Virus record (IMG/VR): IMGVR_UViG_3300021062_000004
Location: 1-50,864 of that record
Direction: 5' to 3' (one strand)
DNA from: a virus
Taxonomy: Duplodnaviria; Caudoviricetes
DNA length: 50,864 nt
Shown: in pieces, positions 16,869 to 26,016 of the stretch
How the letters are laid out: each line of letters begins with the position of its first letter
How positions within the stretch are numbered: the stretch's first letter is position 1
Made by a program: the position numbers and the translations under genes
The notes under the pieces: model-generated
What the model was told of the DNA's origin: nothing
The model's database searches: none
Seen by the model: only the letters and a program-made list of their open reading frames with translations

Positions 16869-17204
16869 TTACCCCGTCTTGCGACCACGTTGTCGCTTCT
16901 CCGGCATGGCCTTGGCCGGAGCGGGTTTGGTTTTTCCCAGCAGTTCCGGCGGGGCGTGAACCCATTCGCTCAGTGGCGGACAACCAGATTCAATCCATCG
17001 ATTGAGGTCTTTCTTGGCGGCGATCCTCACGGGTTCGGGCTGCTGCATGAACCACCACAACGCACGGCTCACAATCTTCCGCTGGTGGGTGTCTTCGGAA
17101 TTCCTGAACCGCTTGAACTCCTCCATGAGCCGGGGGTGAAGCTCGTTGTAAAAGCTCTTTCGGTCTTCTTTCCCATCGCCATCGTCATCTTCGCTCTGTG
17201 ACAT
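16869..17204 (-). CDS. Putative repressor, ribbon-helix-helix-like
   Basis: KSFYNELHPRLMEEFKRF..QRKIVSRALWWFM fits strand-helix-helix pattern; divergent from early operon. Confidence 0.55.
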   Translation of the reverse strand: MSQSEDDDGDGKEDRKSFYNELHPRLMEEFKRFRNSEDTHQRKIVSRALWWFMQQPEPVRIAAKKDLNRWIESGCPPLSEWVHAPPELLGKTKPAPAKAMPEKRQRGRKTG

Positions 17205-17211
17205 CGTGCGT

Positions 17212-17295
17212 AAATTACTTGCCCGCAAGGGCATATGCAAATCTTTGTAAAAATTTGTAATTCCTGTTGACACATATGCCGACATATGACACCAT
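17212..17295. promoter_or_regulatory. Divergent promoters with three CATATG operators
   Basis: Minus TTGCAT-N17-TAATTT (17240-17212); plus TTGACA-N17-CACCAT (17267-17295); CATATG at 17232, 17273, 17283; AT-rich island. Confidence 0.7.
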
Positions 17296-17301
17296 ATCCG
17301 T

Positions 17302-17775
17302 ATGCCGATTTGTGTCCGAAACCGAGAATTGGACGACCGCGTGCAGCGTCTTGCTGACCTCCAGCCGTGCCGCGTGAGCAAGCACGCCTTGGCGGAGGCG
17401 GCACTGAATGCCGTCGTCAGCGAGTGCGAGCGTACGTCAAATCCTGAAGCCTGGAAACGAATCGGCTCTGCTGCGTCCTCTCGGCCCACCGATGCGGACG
17501 CGGTGACTCCCTCCAGCGAGTCGTCAATCCGTAACTCACTGCCTAATTCCCCGTCATCCGTGACGGCTTCTCCTGCGTCTCAATCGGTTGCCGCCGACGA
17601 GTCGCGTTGTGCTCCTCCAGCTTCGCCTCAGTCCCACTGTGGCGGAGCCTTTCTGCCCCCACACGGCGACGTGGACGAGAAATCCGCGTCGTCGTTTCAC
17701 CCGCCGGTTGGACGCTCTCTCAAGGTTTCCCCCGGCACTCCCGGCCAAGCCGCCGGAACCCATCCCACGGCCTGA
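17302..17775 (+). CDS. Putative Cro-equivalent, ribbon-helix-helix-like N-terminus
   Basis: MPICVRNRELDDRVQRLA..SKHALAEAALN then disordered Ser/Pro tail. Confidence 0.55.
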   Translation: MPICVRNRELDDRVQRLADLQPCRVSKHALAEAALNAVVSECERTSNPEAWKRIGSAASSRPTDADAVTPSSESSIRNSLPNSPSSVTASPASQSVAADESRCAPPASPQSHCGGAFLPPHGDVDEKSASSFHPPVGRSLKVSPGTPGQAAGTHPTA

Positions 17776-17854
17776 TCCGCTGTGGGGTGGATTTGGCCGC
17801 GTGGTTGGACACGCGACCGTTGCCAGCAGTTACGTGAAAGGAGCACTGCCGACG

Positions 17855-18181
17855 ATGCCAACGGTAGCACGAAAATCCAAGAAGGCAAGAAAACGCCGGA
17901 AATTCCCGACGCTTGGCCAGATGCAGTTGGGGCCAATGACGCCAGGCAATGGCAAGTACGGCTGTCTGATTCAGCATGCAACAATGCTCGGATTGGAACG
18001 GCTCCTTGACGACGACAAGGAATACGTAGACAACGAATCCTGCCTGTTCATGACCAGTGAGCCGGACGTGAACACGCCGGAGAATCGCCGGTTTGCCATG
18101 ACGATTCTCCGGAGGGTGGCAAAGCGTGCCGGATACTCGATTGGTCGCGACCGGATTATGCGGAAGGCGGTGCGTCCATGA
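17855..18181 (+). CDS. Hypothetical protein with basic N-terminus
   Basis: AAAGGAG upstream. Confidence 0.65.
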   Translation: MPTVARKSKKARKRRKFPTLGQMQLGPMTPGNGKYGCLIQHATMLGLERLLDDDKEYVDNESCLFMTSEPDVNTPENRRFAMTILRRVAKRAGYSIGRDRIMRKAVRP

Positions 18182-18513
18182 CCCGCCCCACCCCCGACAT
18201 CGCGGAAGGCGGGCACACGCCGTTGCCGTGGAGACGCGATGGCTCAAGCATTGGGCCTGACCGTTGCACCGTTTACATCGTTGGTGGACCAGCCGGAAAA
18301 TACCCAACCATCTTTGTCGAATCGCTCGGCGAGTATCCCGAACGGCTCGATGCCAATGCCGACCTCATCATTCGTTCCGTGAACTCTCACGACGACCTGC
18401 TGGCGGCGTGCAAGCAACTCACCGCCGCGATGCGTCAGCTGGGCAAGGGTCATCATCGGGAGGTGGTGTTTGCCGAATCCGCCATCGCCTCCGCCACAGG
18501 AGGTGTTCAATGA
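18178..18513 (+). CDS. Phage hypothetical protein (HTPxPW..ANAxLI type)
   Basis: HTPLPW and DANADLIIRSVNSHDDLLAACK. Confidence 0.75.
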   Translation: MTRPTPDIAEGGHTPLPWRRDGSSIGPDRCTVYIVGGPAGKYPTIFVESLGEYPERLDANADLIIRSVNSHDDLLAACKQLTAAMRQLGKGHHREVVFAESAIASATGGVQ

Positions 18514-18845
18514 AAATCATCGCTCTCGAATCCAGAGATTACGGCTCGAAGGTCATCGTTGAATTCAACCAGGAAGAGATGGGGAAGGCGGGAATCTTCA
18601 TTGGTCGTGGATACTCCGGACGTGATCCGAAAGAGCAAGAGATCATTGCGGGCCTGACGGCACTGTTGAACAACAGCTCAGATGCTCGTGCAATCGCTAT
18701 GAATGAGGCAAGCATCGCCGGTCTTGCTGGAAGATTCCTGAAAGAGTTCGAGGGCCTCGTGAGCAGGCATTCAAAGGTGCTGGCTCATGGCGATGTACCG
18801 TCTGCTGACGCCATGCCCGCCCTCGCCACAGGAGGCAAGCCATGA
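18510..18845 (+). CDS. Hypothetical protein
   Basis: AGGAGGT, ATGA overlap. Confidence 0.7.
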   Translation: MKIIALESRDYGSKVIVEFNQEEMGKAGIFIGRGYSGRDPKEQEIIAGLTALLNNSSDARAIAMNEASIAGLAGRFLKEFEGLVSRHSKVLAHGDVPSADAMPALATGGKP

Positions 18846-19654
18846 CGAAGCAGACGGCGGGGCCGAAGCAACGAAAGCCCGACAATGCCTTGCGTTTGTT
18901 GCTGGCATACGCCCAGTGCGAAGAGGCTATCAGTGACGTTGCCGACTACCCATCGGAAACATACCTCGCGACTCTGAGGAAGCACGGATACAAGGCCAAT
19001 GGCCTCAAGACTCCTGCGGAGTTTCTTGATTCACTTCGCAAGCGTGCTTTGTCCGCCGCCCGCTCCGCCCTCTCCCTCATCCCCAAGGAGGCGACGAAAT
19101 GCCCCGCGAACGATGGGAAGGTGGTGGAGGCGTGGACGTGCTTTCACTGTCATGAAACCTTCACGTCCGAAGAAGCTGCTGCCAACCACTTCGGCAAGCG
19201 TGACGGTGATACACCTGCTTGTCGAATCGATGAGGCCGAGCTGAAGCGGCTCCGAGCATTGGAAGATGAGAATCGCAAACTATGGAGCGACATTCATAAC
19301 GAGGACACGCTCTACAAGACTCACAATTCAATGGTCGAGTCAGAGTTGAAGGGCTACAAGCCGTTCCGAAATTGCCGAACGATCAACGACGTATTCAACC
19401 TGTACGACAGCCTTGAGGGCGAGAAGCTCGCACTGGAAGAAAGGCTTGCTCAAGCCCTCGCCCGCCCCTCCGACGCGGGGGTGGTGGAGACATTGAAGGC
19501 GGCGTGCGAACTTGCCAGAGAGTTCATCGCGTCAGAATACACGGCGGACAACGATGAAGGCGTCCTGATACCGGACGCCAATGCTCGCAGGGTGCATGAC
19601 AAGCTGTGTGATGCCCTCGCCGCCAACGCGGAGGAAGGGAGGGGCGATGCCTGA
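18842..19654 (+). CDS. Mosaic protein with C2H2-like zinc finger and coiled coil
   Basis: WTCFHCHETFTSEEAAANHFG. Confidence 0.7.
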   Translation: MTKQTAGPKQRKPDNALRLLLAYAQCEEAISDVADYPSETYLATLRKHGYKANGLKTPAEFLDSLRKRALSAARSALSLIPKEATKCPANDGKVVEAWTCFHCHETFTSEEAAANHFGKRDGDTPACRIDEAELKRLRALEDENRKLWSDIHNEDTLYKTHNSMVESELKGYKPFRNCRTINDVFNLYDSLEGEKLALEERLAQALARPSDAGVVETLKAACELAREFIASEYTADNDEGVLIPDANARRVHDKLCDALAANAEEGRGDA

Positions 19655-19853
19655 CACGTCGAAGGAGTACCCGAACCACATTCGGTTGGCGTTGGATATT
19701 CTCGACCGATTCTCGTCAGAGAGTTACGAGTCATATGACGCCAATGCGTTCAAGTGCGTCGTTGCTGCCGACCTTGTTTTAGAGCAGTTCATCCTCAATG
19801 GAGCGGCCTCCGGAGAAAAGCCCCAATGCCCAGTGACTTCGACAACCTCTTGA
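19647..19853 (+). CDS. Hypothetical protein
   Basis: GGAGG upstream; overlapping genes. Confidence 0.55.
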   Translation: MPDTSKEYPNHIRLALDILDRFSSESYESYDANAFKCVVAADLVLEQFILNGAASGEKPQCPVTSTTS

Positions 19854-20245
19854 AGCGTCATCCGACGCCGTGGCGAGTCATCAGGGATGAACTTGGTTCA
19901 AGCGTCATCGTTGACGCGAAAGGCGAGATGGTTCCGTGCGAGCCGGAGACGGACGAGGTTATCTGTGCCTCTGTCAACGTCGCGAGCCGTCTGCTTCGCA
20001 CCCGAGACGGGATGCTGATTGGACATGATGACCAAGTGTTCGACGACCACGGAAAGTCGTGGACGACCAAGACTGTTCTGTACGACCCAATGAGTCGTGG
20101 CGGCGACACCGATGAAGTCGGCTATGCGTGGAAGTCGCCGGAATTCTGCTGGTCATTCAAGCTCGCCATCGACCTCCCCGCCGCAGCCCGGCTCCTGCGG
20201 AAGTGCATGGAAGAAGAGAAGCCGGTTTCGGAGGACACGCAATGA
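19826..20245 (+). CDS. Hypothetical protein (HPTPW motif)
   Basis: GGAG upstream. Confidence 0.65.
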   Translation: MPSDFDNLLKRHPTPWRVIRDELGSSVIVDAKGEMVPCEPETDEVICASVNVASRLLRTRDGMLIGHDDQVFDDHGKSWTTKTVLYDPMSRGGDTDEVGYAWKSPEFCWSFKLAIDLPAAARLLRKCMEEEKPVSEDTQ

Positions 20246-20652
20246 ACAAAGGCCCTAACTACCAGGAACTCGTCACGCACATCCGCCCGACGTGGAAGCA
20301 GAAATCCGTTGCGGCGGAGCAGCCGTGCGAGGACGTGGCACTCGGCCGACTCGCCAATGACATCGCCGAGCATGACGGCAACCTGTCCATGCCGTTCGAG
20401 GCCGTCAGTGTTCACAACCAGGACTGGGTGGAGAACGCCGTGGAGCGGGCGGTGCGGCGGGTGATGCTGTACCAGCACGGCGACCTTCCCAAGCAGGTGC
20501 TCATCCAGCTCAAGCCCAGGAACGATGAGATCGTGTACGAGAACGTCGTCTCCGTCACGAACAACCTGGAGGTGCGGTTCACGATGGCGTGCAGGCCGTT
20601 CGTGAAGGGCGGGTTCACGTTCGTGGTGTATGACGTGGAGGAGGTGAAGTGA
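20242..20652 (+). CDS. Hypothetical protein
   Basis: GGAGG, ATGA overlap, high GC3. Confidence 0.7.
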   Translation: MNKGPNYQELVTHIRPTWKQKSVAAEQPCEDVALGRLANDIAEHDGNLSMPFEAVSVHNQDWVENAVERAVRRVMLYQHGDLPKQVLIQLKPRNDEIVYENVVSVTNNLEVRFTMACRPFVKGGFTFVVYDVEEVK

Positions 20653-20855
20653 TGGACCAAGCTCCTGGAGTCATCATTGGTGCGGTTTCCGGTTCTCTCG
20701 CCACACTTTTTCTGTTGTTGATTGTTGGAGCGGATTATGAAGGCGGCTACCGGGACGGGCAAATCGACGCCATCAACGACAAGGTGAAGTACCACCTTGT
20801 TGACCAGCCCGACAAGACGCGGAAGTGGGAGTTGATTGAGGAGGCTTCCAAGTGA
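20652..20855 (+). CDS. Small membrane protein (GYRDGQIDA motif)
   Basis: N-terminal hydrophobic helix; GGAGGTG. Confidence 0.7.
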   Translation: MDQAPGVIIGAVSGSLATLFLLLIVGADYEGGYRDGQIDAINDKVKYHLVDQPDKTRKWELIEEASK

Positions 20856-21148
20856 ACACCCTCGAAGTGCCGGCGGACATCTATGACGAGGCCCTTGCGT
20901 TCTGCAACGAACGGCTGCGTGAGCAGGGCAAGCCGGAGATTACGGAGTTGCCGGCGGGGTGGAGTGGCCAACCACGGTCTTGTCCATGCGGTAGGGCCTG
21001 CAATGTATGGGTTGGTTTAACGTCTTGGTCACCAAATGAATACAGATGGGAAAAAAGTGAAGGACACCCAACCCGTTTTGTGGATTATTTCGACGGACAC
21101 GTTCCGAAAGGTATCGAAACCCTCCCCATCCGCAAGGAGGCCCCATGA
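20852..21148 (+). CDS. Hypothetical protein
   Basis: GGAGG, GTGA overlap. Confidence 0.65.
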   Translation: MNTLEVPADIYDEALAFCNERLREQGKPEITELPAGWSGQPRSCPCGRACNVWVGLTSWSPNEYRWEKSEGHPTRFVDYFDGHVPKGIETLPIRKEAP

Positions 21149-21327
21149 CCACCCACGAACTCCAACAACTCCGTCCAGGCGACCGGGTGAGATGGCTTGA
21201 CGGTAATGACCCGGACACCGGGGCCGTGACGGCCATCAGCACGACGCACGTCAGCGTGCTGTGGGACTCGGGCGAAACTACGAACTTCGCGACCGTGAAT
21301 GGCGTGCCTTTGATGGGGAGGGAGTGA
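21145..21327 (+). CDS. Small SH3-like barrel protein
   Basis: LRPGDRVRW..GAVTAI..VLWD. Confidence 0.65.
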   Translation: MTTHELQQLRPGDRVRWLDGNDPDTGAVTAISTTHVSVLWDSGETTNFATVNGVPLMGRE

Positions 21328-21566
21328 TGCTCGACCCAAAGGATTATGAATACGACCTTCCCAATAAACTCTTCGTCATCCAGAACGAAGTGGACACGTA
21401 CACACACGTAGGCAGTGCAAAAGCCCACGACATCTGCGGAACCGCCGTAAGTAAACAACACTGCGTAGGCGTGTACAAGCTCGTCGCCATTCAAGTTATG
21501 GAATACCGGTCGTCATCAAGAACAATCGGGACGATTTGGAAAGACGGCAAGGAAGTGAAGAAATGA
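21327..21566 (+). CDS. Hypothetical protein
   Basis: GGAGG, TGATG overlap. Confidence 0.6.
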   Translation: MLDPKDYEYDLPNKLFVIQNEVDTYTHVGSAKAHDICGTAVSKQHCVGVYKLVAIQVMEYRSSSRTIGTIWKDGKEVKK

Positions 21567-22459
21567 TTAGGAGCAACCCAACATGCGAGGCCACCCCGCT
21601 TTCGACGACGACGCTTGCGATCCCGTGTGGCGAGTCAACCACGGCGTCAGAGGAAATCACTACGCAAATCGTCTTGCAGCTTCCGTTCGCCCAGTACCTC
21701 GCCCGGAAGGAGCTGAGTCAGTCCGTGCTCAAGGTGGGCCGCAAGTCCATGAAGCACCTCAAGGCGGCGTGGGACGAGGAAATCCAGACCGTCCCGACCG
21801 ACGACATGATTCTCGGCTCCGCCCTGCACACGGCGTTCCTGGAGCCGGAGCAGATGCCCAACCGCGTCGTGAAGTGGACGGGCGGGGCACGTCGCGGCAA
21901 GGAGTGGGAGCAGTTCAAGGCGTACAACGCTGACAAGTACATCCTCACCGAGAACATGCACGAGCAGCTTGTGGGCATGTGCAAGTCGCTGCGGCAGCAC
22001 CGTGAGGTGAGAGCATGGCTGTCGCACATCGAGGACGTGGAGGTGAGCGGCTTCGGCATGGTGAACGGCGTGAGGATGAAGGGCCGCATCGACGCCCTTA
22101 CGTCCGACCCGCTGATTGACTTGAAGAAGGTCGCGGACGGCGACAAGGGATTGTTCCGCAAGAACGCCCTCTGGCTCGGCTACCACATCCAGGCGGCGGT
22201 GTATTGCGAGTTGTTCCAGCGTGACCGGTTCATCCTGATGACGGTGGAAAGCGACCCGCCCTACGACGTGGTTCCCTGGCAGATTTCCGACGACCTGATG
22301 AAGCGTGGCCGGCAGGAGATGCACCAACTGCTCGACCGCGTGGCCGACTGCATCGAGAAGAACAGGTGGCCCGGACGGGCCGAGACGATTGAAGTGCTGG
22401 ATGACCCAATGGGGGTGAGTGACCAGCCACATTACGGACTCAAAATCAAAGGAGCGTGA
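21563..22459 (+). CDS. PD-(D/E)XK exonuclease VIII/RecE-like (DUF3799-type)
   Basis: LSQSVLK, MILGSALHTAFLEP, KGRIDAL..IDLK, GYHIQAAVY. Confidence 0.85.
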   Translation: MIRSNPTCEATPLSTTTLAIPCGESTTASEEITTQIVLQLPFAQYLARKELSQSVLKVGRKSMKHLKAAWDEEIQTVPTDDMILGSALHTAFLEPEQMPNRVVKWTGGARRGKEWEQFKAYNADKYILTENMHEQLVGMCKSLRQHREVRAWLSHIEDVEVSGFGMVNGVRMKGRIDALTSDPLIDLKKVADGDKGLFRKNALWLGYHIQAAVYCELFQRDRFILMTVESDPPYDVVPWQISDDLMKRGRQEMHQLLDRVADCIEKNRWPGRAETIEVLDDPMGVSDQPHYGLKIKGA

Positions 22460-22863
22460 CAGTGAACATCAAGACGGCATTCCCTAGCAACTACATCAAG
22501 GCCGCAGACCTGCAAGGCCGCGATATCAACGTGACCATCCGGGACGTGAAGATTGCCGATGTCGGCACGGCACAGGAACCGGACGAGAAGCCGGTGGTGT
22601 ACTTCGAAGGTAAAGAGAAGGGTCTGGTGCTGAACAAGACCAACGCCAACACCATTGCGGGCATCTACGGCGACGACACTGACCTGTGGCGTGGCAAGTC
22701 CATCACGCTGTTCGAGAGTCAGACGGAGTTTCAGGGCCGTCCCACAGCGTGTGTGCGTGTGCGGCTTCGTCCGCCGCAATTGAATGGGCAGGCGAAGTCG
22801 CCGCCGCCAGCTATGGCACCTTCAGGAGGTATGTCAATCACCGAAGACGACATTCCCTTCTGA
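22456..22863 (+). CDS. Phage single-stranded DNA-binding-like protein
   Basis: FPSNYIKAADL, LVLNKTN, acidic tail EDDIPF; next to exonuclease. Confidence 0.75.
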   Translation: MTVNIKTAFPSNYIKAADLQGRDINVTIRDVKIADVGTAQEPDEKPVVYFEGKEKGLVLNKTNANTIAGIYGDDTDLWRGKSITLFESQTEFQGRPTACVRVRLRPPQLNGQAKSPPPAMAPSGGMSITEDDIPF

Positions 22864-22938
22864 CCCCACCTCCCGCCCCGCCGACGCGGAGCGGGGGAGT
22901 TTGAACGATGACGCGGCGTGGCCGCAGAAAGTAAAGAC

Positions 22939-23586
22939 ATGACCAATCCAAACAAGTCGCATATTACGTTGATTCTCGACCGTTCGGGGTCGATGAATTC
23001 AATCGCATCGGATGTCATCGGTGCAGTGAATGGCTTTGTAGCCGAGCAGCAGGCTGTGCCTGGCGAGTGTTCGTTCACTCTAGTTCAGTTCGATGACCAA
23101 GACCCCTATGAGACCGTTTACGACGGGCCTCTTGCAAACGCGAAGAAGCTGGACAGCAAGACCTACGTGCCTCGCGGCAGCACGCCATTGCTTGACGCCA
23201 TTGGCCGGGGCATATCTGACCTTGGAGCCAAGCTATCAGCCATGCCTCAGCACGACCGACCGGGCAAAGTGATTTTCGTGGTGCAGACGGACGGCTTGGA
23301 GAACGCCAGCCGTGAGTACGACAAGCCGCGAATCAAGGAAATGATTGAGCGGCAGACCAAGGACTACAACTGGCAGTTCGTGTTCCTTGGTGCCAATCAG
23401 GACGCCATTGCGGAGGGTGCCGCCATTGGAACAGTTCAGGCATCCTCGATGAGCTATGCCGCCACGGGCCAGGGAGTGCGGGCATCTTACGCATCGACGG
23501 CGAATGCTGTGCGTTCGTTCCGTTCAGGAACGGCTGCATCCGTGGCCTTCTCCGACGACGACCGCGTTGAAGCAATGAGCAAGTAA
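22939..23586 (+). CDS. von Willebrand factor A domain protein
   Basis: MIDAS motif LDRSGSM, TPLLDAIG, TDGLEN, FVFLGANQDA. Confidence 0.9.
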   Translation: MTNPNKSHITLILDRSGSMNSIASDVIGAVNGFVAEQQAVPGECSFTLVQFDDQDPYETVYDGPLANAKKLDSKTYVPRGSTPLLDAIGRGISDLGAKLSAMPQHDRPGKVIFVVQTDGLENASREYDKPRIKEMIERQTKDYNWQFVFLGANQDAIAEGAAIGTVQASSMSYAATGQGVRASYASTANAVRSFRSGTAASVAFSDDDRVEAMSK

Positions 23587-23664
23587 CCCCTCGCGGCGTC
23601 CGGGCTAACCCCCGCCCGCCGCATTGACCGCCCCCGCATGAGGCGGGGTGAGATGGAGGTTGTG

Positions 23665-24498
23665 ATGGCACAGTTGGCGACCGTCATTGCTCCGGCACGC
23701 GAGTTCACGTCAGCCTATTTGTACGGACAGATTCAGGCGAGCGATAGCCAGCAAAAGGCTGAATGTCGCGACCGTATCCTGAAGTTCTTTGCCGACACTC
23801 ACGATCAATCAGTCTGTCCTCGACTGCTTTCGTTCCCGTCGGCAAATTGGTACTTCGAGAAGCAGTGCATCGACTTGTGGCCGTGGATGGAGTGTGTCGC
23901 GGTTGAACGCGACAGTCGCGTATATCGAGTCGCTGTGCAGCGAATGCCGGGGCCACGCACCACCATTGGTCAGCTTGATTTGGGATACGGACTCGTTCCG
24001 TGTGCTGAGAGCGGGCCACACCGAATTGCCTTATGCCACCTCTCCGCATTATTGCAATCAACCCGAATGGGAAAGAGCAAAAACAAGCAACGACAATTCG
24101 TCAACCAGTGGAAGCGATGGACGATGATTTGGCTCGACATCAATTCGCAGATTTGCGAGGAGGTCGAGAAGTGCGTAATCCGACTCTCAGCGTTCTGTGA
24201 TTACAGGATTCCGTGTGTGCCTGTGGCGGTAACGTTCTTTGGCGAACGTGGAACGTCGGATATCAAGAACAAGTTGTATCTGCTTCAGTCTGACCGTGTG
24301 GATTACATGGTTCGCCTGTTAGAAACGAACCGTCATCGTGCATGGGTGACGGATGATGTATTCGCCTATGAGACGCCGGGCGGAACAACACTTACCACGG
24401 TTGTGGGTCGCTTGTTATTGAGAAATCCCCGCTCATGCTCACCCGCCTCCTCAACCCCTCGCCGCACTGGAGCGACGCCATGCTGGAGCCGGCCCTGA
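23665..24498 (+). CDS. Hypothetical protein, possibly class I methyltransferase-like fold
   Basis: GGAGG upstream; LLSFPS..FE, VAVERD, IWLD spacing; lower GC. Confidence 0.5.
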   Translation: MAQLATVIAPAREFTSAYLYGQIQASDSQQKAECRDRILKFFADTHDQSVCPRLLSFPSANWYFEKQCIDLWPWMECVAVERDSRVYRVAVQRMPGPRTTIGQLDLGYGLVPCAESGPHRIALCHLSALLQSTRMGKSKNKQRQFVNQWKRWTMIWLDINSQICEEVEKCVIRLSAFCDYRIPCVPVAVTFFGERGTSDIKNKLYLLQSDRVDYMVRLLETNRHRAWVTDDVFAYETPGGTTLTTVVGRLLLRNPRSCSPASSTPRRTGATPCWSRP

Positions 24499-24752
24499 CC
24501 ATCGGAGGGACCCTGATGGTGCTGCTGGTCGCGGCGAGAGTCATCAAGCCGAAAGGATTCGAGATGCCACGATGCCCGAAGTGTGGAAGCGAAGTAAAGA
24601 GCAAGCCGGGAACCCCAATCGTCGAGCACACGCCGCACACCATCTCCTCGACCGGGAGAGTGTTCCCGCCGGTGGACGTGCCGGACCCGTGGGATGGCGG
24701 GTGCCCGGCGGATACGGAGATGGAGTGGACGGGGAGGGAACTTTCGGAATGA
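24435..24752 (+). CDS. Hypothetical protein with hydrophobic segment and CPKCG
   Basis: 105-aa ORF ending just before attP. Confidence 0.55.
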   Translation: MLTRLLNPSPHWSDAMLEPALTIGGTLMVLLVAARVIKPKGFEMPRCPKCGSEVKSKPGTPIVEHTPHTISSTGRVFPPVDVPDPWDGGCPADTEMEWTGRELSE

Positions 24753-24764
24753 AGATTCAAACGA

Positions 24765-24823
24765 AAAACCCGTCTCCCGCTGGCTGCAAGGTGTTGGTGA
24801 CATCCGGCCAGCGGGTAGACGGG
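24765..24823 (-). terminator. Rho-independent terminator downstream of the tRNA fragment
   Basis: Minus strand CCCGTCT-A-CCCGCTGGC..GCCAGCGGG-AGACGGG-TTTTT. Confidence 0.8.
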
Positions 24824-24831
24824 CCATTCAA

Positions 24832-24873
24832 AGCGGGTGATCGGGGTCGAACCGACGACATTCACGTTGGCAA
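24832..24873 (-). mobile_element. attP: attP core: 3' half of tRNA-Gly(GCC)
   Basis: Minus strand TTGCCAACGTGAATGTCGTCGGTTCGACCCCGATCACCCGCT gives anticodon loop, T-arm (GTTCGA) and acceptor strand; 5' half absent; about 135 bp from integrase. Confidence 0.9.
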
Positions 24874-24971
24874 GGGGAACTGTCTCAAGACTGGTTCACT
24901 CGTGCCGCGTGACGCTCTCCAGCCCGGCGGCTTGGATGTCACCAATTCCGTCGCCGTGGCTGGCGAGCATC

Positions 24972-24999
24972 TTGACGACACCTCAAAAACAGGTACGTT
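24972..24999 (+). promoter_or_regulatory. Putative integrase promoter
   Basis: TTGACG-N16-TACGTT, 8 nt before GTG. Confidence 0.55.
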
Positions 25000-25007
25000 G
25001 ACCTACG

Positions 25008-25973
25008 GTGACATCCGAAGGTTCTCGACCGCAGGACAATGCGGCCCTGCGTGCCTCATACGAGGCACGGGTGCGTGGCGACATTCCCTCGCCGACCACC
25101 GTGGGCCAGTTGGTGACGGCGTGGCTCTCCCACTGCCGCAGCAATTATCCTGCCCGCCCCGGCAAACGCTCGTCCACGTTCACCAACGCCAGGGATGCGA
25201 CGCGGCCGCTTCTGGACTTGTACTCGGCACATCCGATTGCGGCACTGGGGCCGGTGGAGCTTCAAGCGGTCCGGCTCTACATGATAGATTCACGGCTGGC
25301 CCGCAAGACCATCAACGACCGCATCGCCCGCATCCGTCGCATGTACCGGTGGGCAGTGGACCGGGGCTGGATTCAGTCCAATTTAGTCGAAGGGCTAAAT
25401 ATCGACGGCCTGCGACGGAACCGATCGGCTGCGGTCGAGACGGAGCCGCATCAGGCGGTCCCAATCGATTCCATCATGCGGACGCTCCGGGACCGCAGGC
25501 TGTCACCGGTGGTCAAGGACATGGTGAGGTTCCAGCTTCGCACCGGAGCCAGGCCTGCCGAGGTCTGCGAGCTTTGCGGACGGGACATCGACACGTCAGC
25601 TTCGCCGTGGGTGTGGAAGCCGCCCCACAAAATGTCATGGCTGGAGCGGTCGCGGGTTATTCTCATCGGGGAACGGGCACAACTTGTCCTGCTCCCCCAC
25701 TTGCAGGACGGCCCCTGCTTTCTTTCGCGGCGGAACAAGCCATACCGCATCGACAGCTACCGGCAGGAGATTGTCCGGGCGGCGGAACGCCAAGGCGTCG
25801 AGCGGTGGACACCGCAGCAGGTTCGAATGCGAACGGCGACCGAAGCCGCGACGGACAGCGAGATAGCCGCCAGGGACGTGCTCGGGCACGCCGACGTAAG
25901 GACCACGCGGAAGCACTACATCGACACGCGGCACTCGCCGGAGGCGATGAGGTTCGTGCGGCGGTTCGGGTAA
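25008..25973 (+). CDS. int: Tyrosine integrase
   Basis: RTGARPAEV, K in WKPPHK, WTPQQVR, LGHADVRTTRKHY; adjacent attP. Confidence 0.92.
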   Translation: MTSEGSRPQDNAALRASYEARVRGDIPSPTTVGQLVTAWLSHCRSNYPARPGKRSSTFTNARDATRPLLDLYSAHPIAALGPVELQAVRLYMIDSRLARKTINDRIARIRRMYRWAVDRGWIQSNLVEGLNIDGLRRNRSAAVETEPHQAVPIDSIMRTLRDRRLSPVVKDMVRFQLRTGARPAEVCELCGRDIDTSASPWVWKPPHKMSWLERSRVILIGERAQLVLLPHLQDGPCFLSRRNKPYRIDSYRQEIVRAAERQGVERWTPQQVRMRTATEAATDSEIAARDVLGHADVRTTRKHYIDTRHSPEAMRFVRRFG

Positions 25974-26016
25974 CGCTACAGCCTCTCATCATCGCATTCG
26001 CACAAGGAGGTGCCCA

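Larger units (their letters stand above)
24794..25016. repeat. Putative arm-type sites GGTGACATCC x3
   Basis: 24796-24805 (+), 24934-24943 (inverted), 25007-25016 (+, over the integrase start codon). Confidence 0.75.

Noticed and set aside
16738-16983. 81-aa minus-strand ORF
   Set aside because: Overlaps the repressor-like gene; a shorter GTG-start version after 16869 is possible but unsupported
24832-24910. Complete tRNA-Gly gene
   Set aside because: Similarity stops at the anticodon loop; no D-arm or 5' acceptor strand
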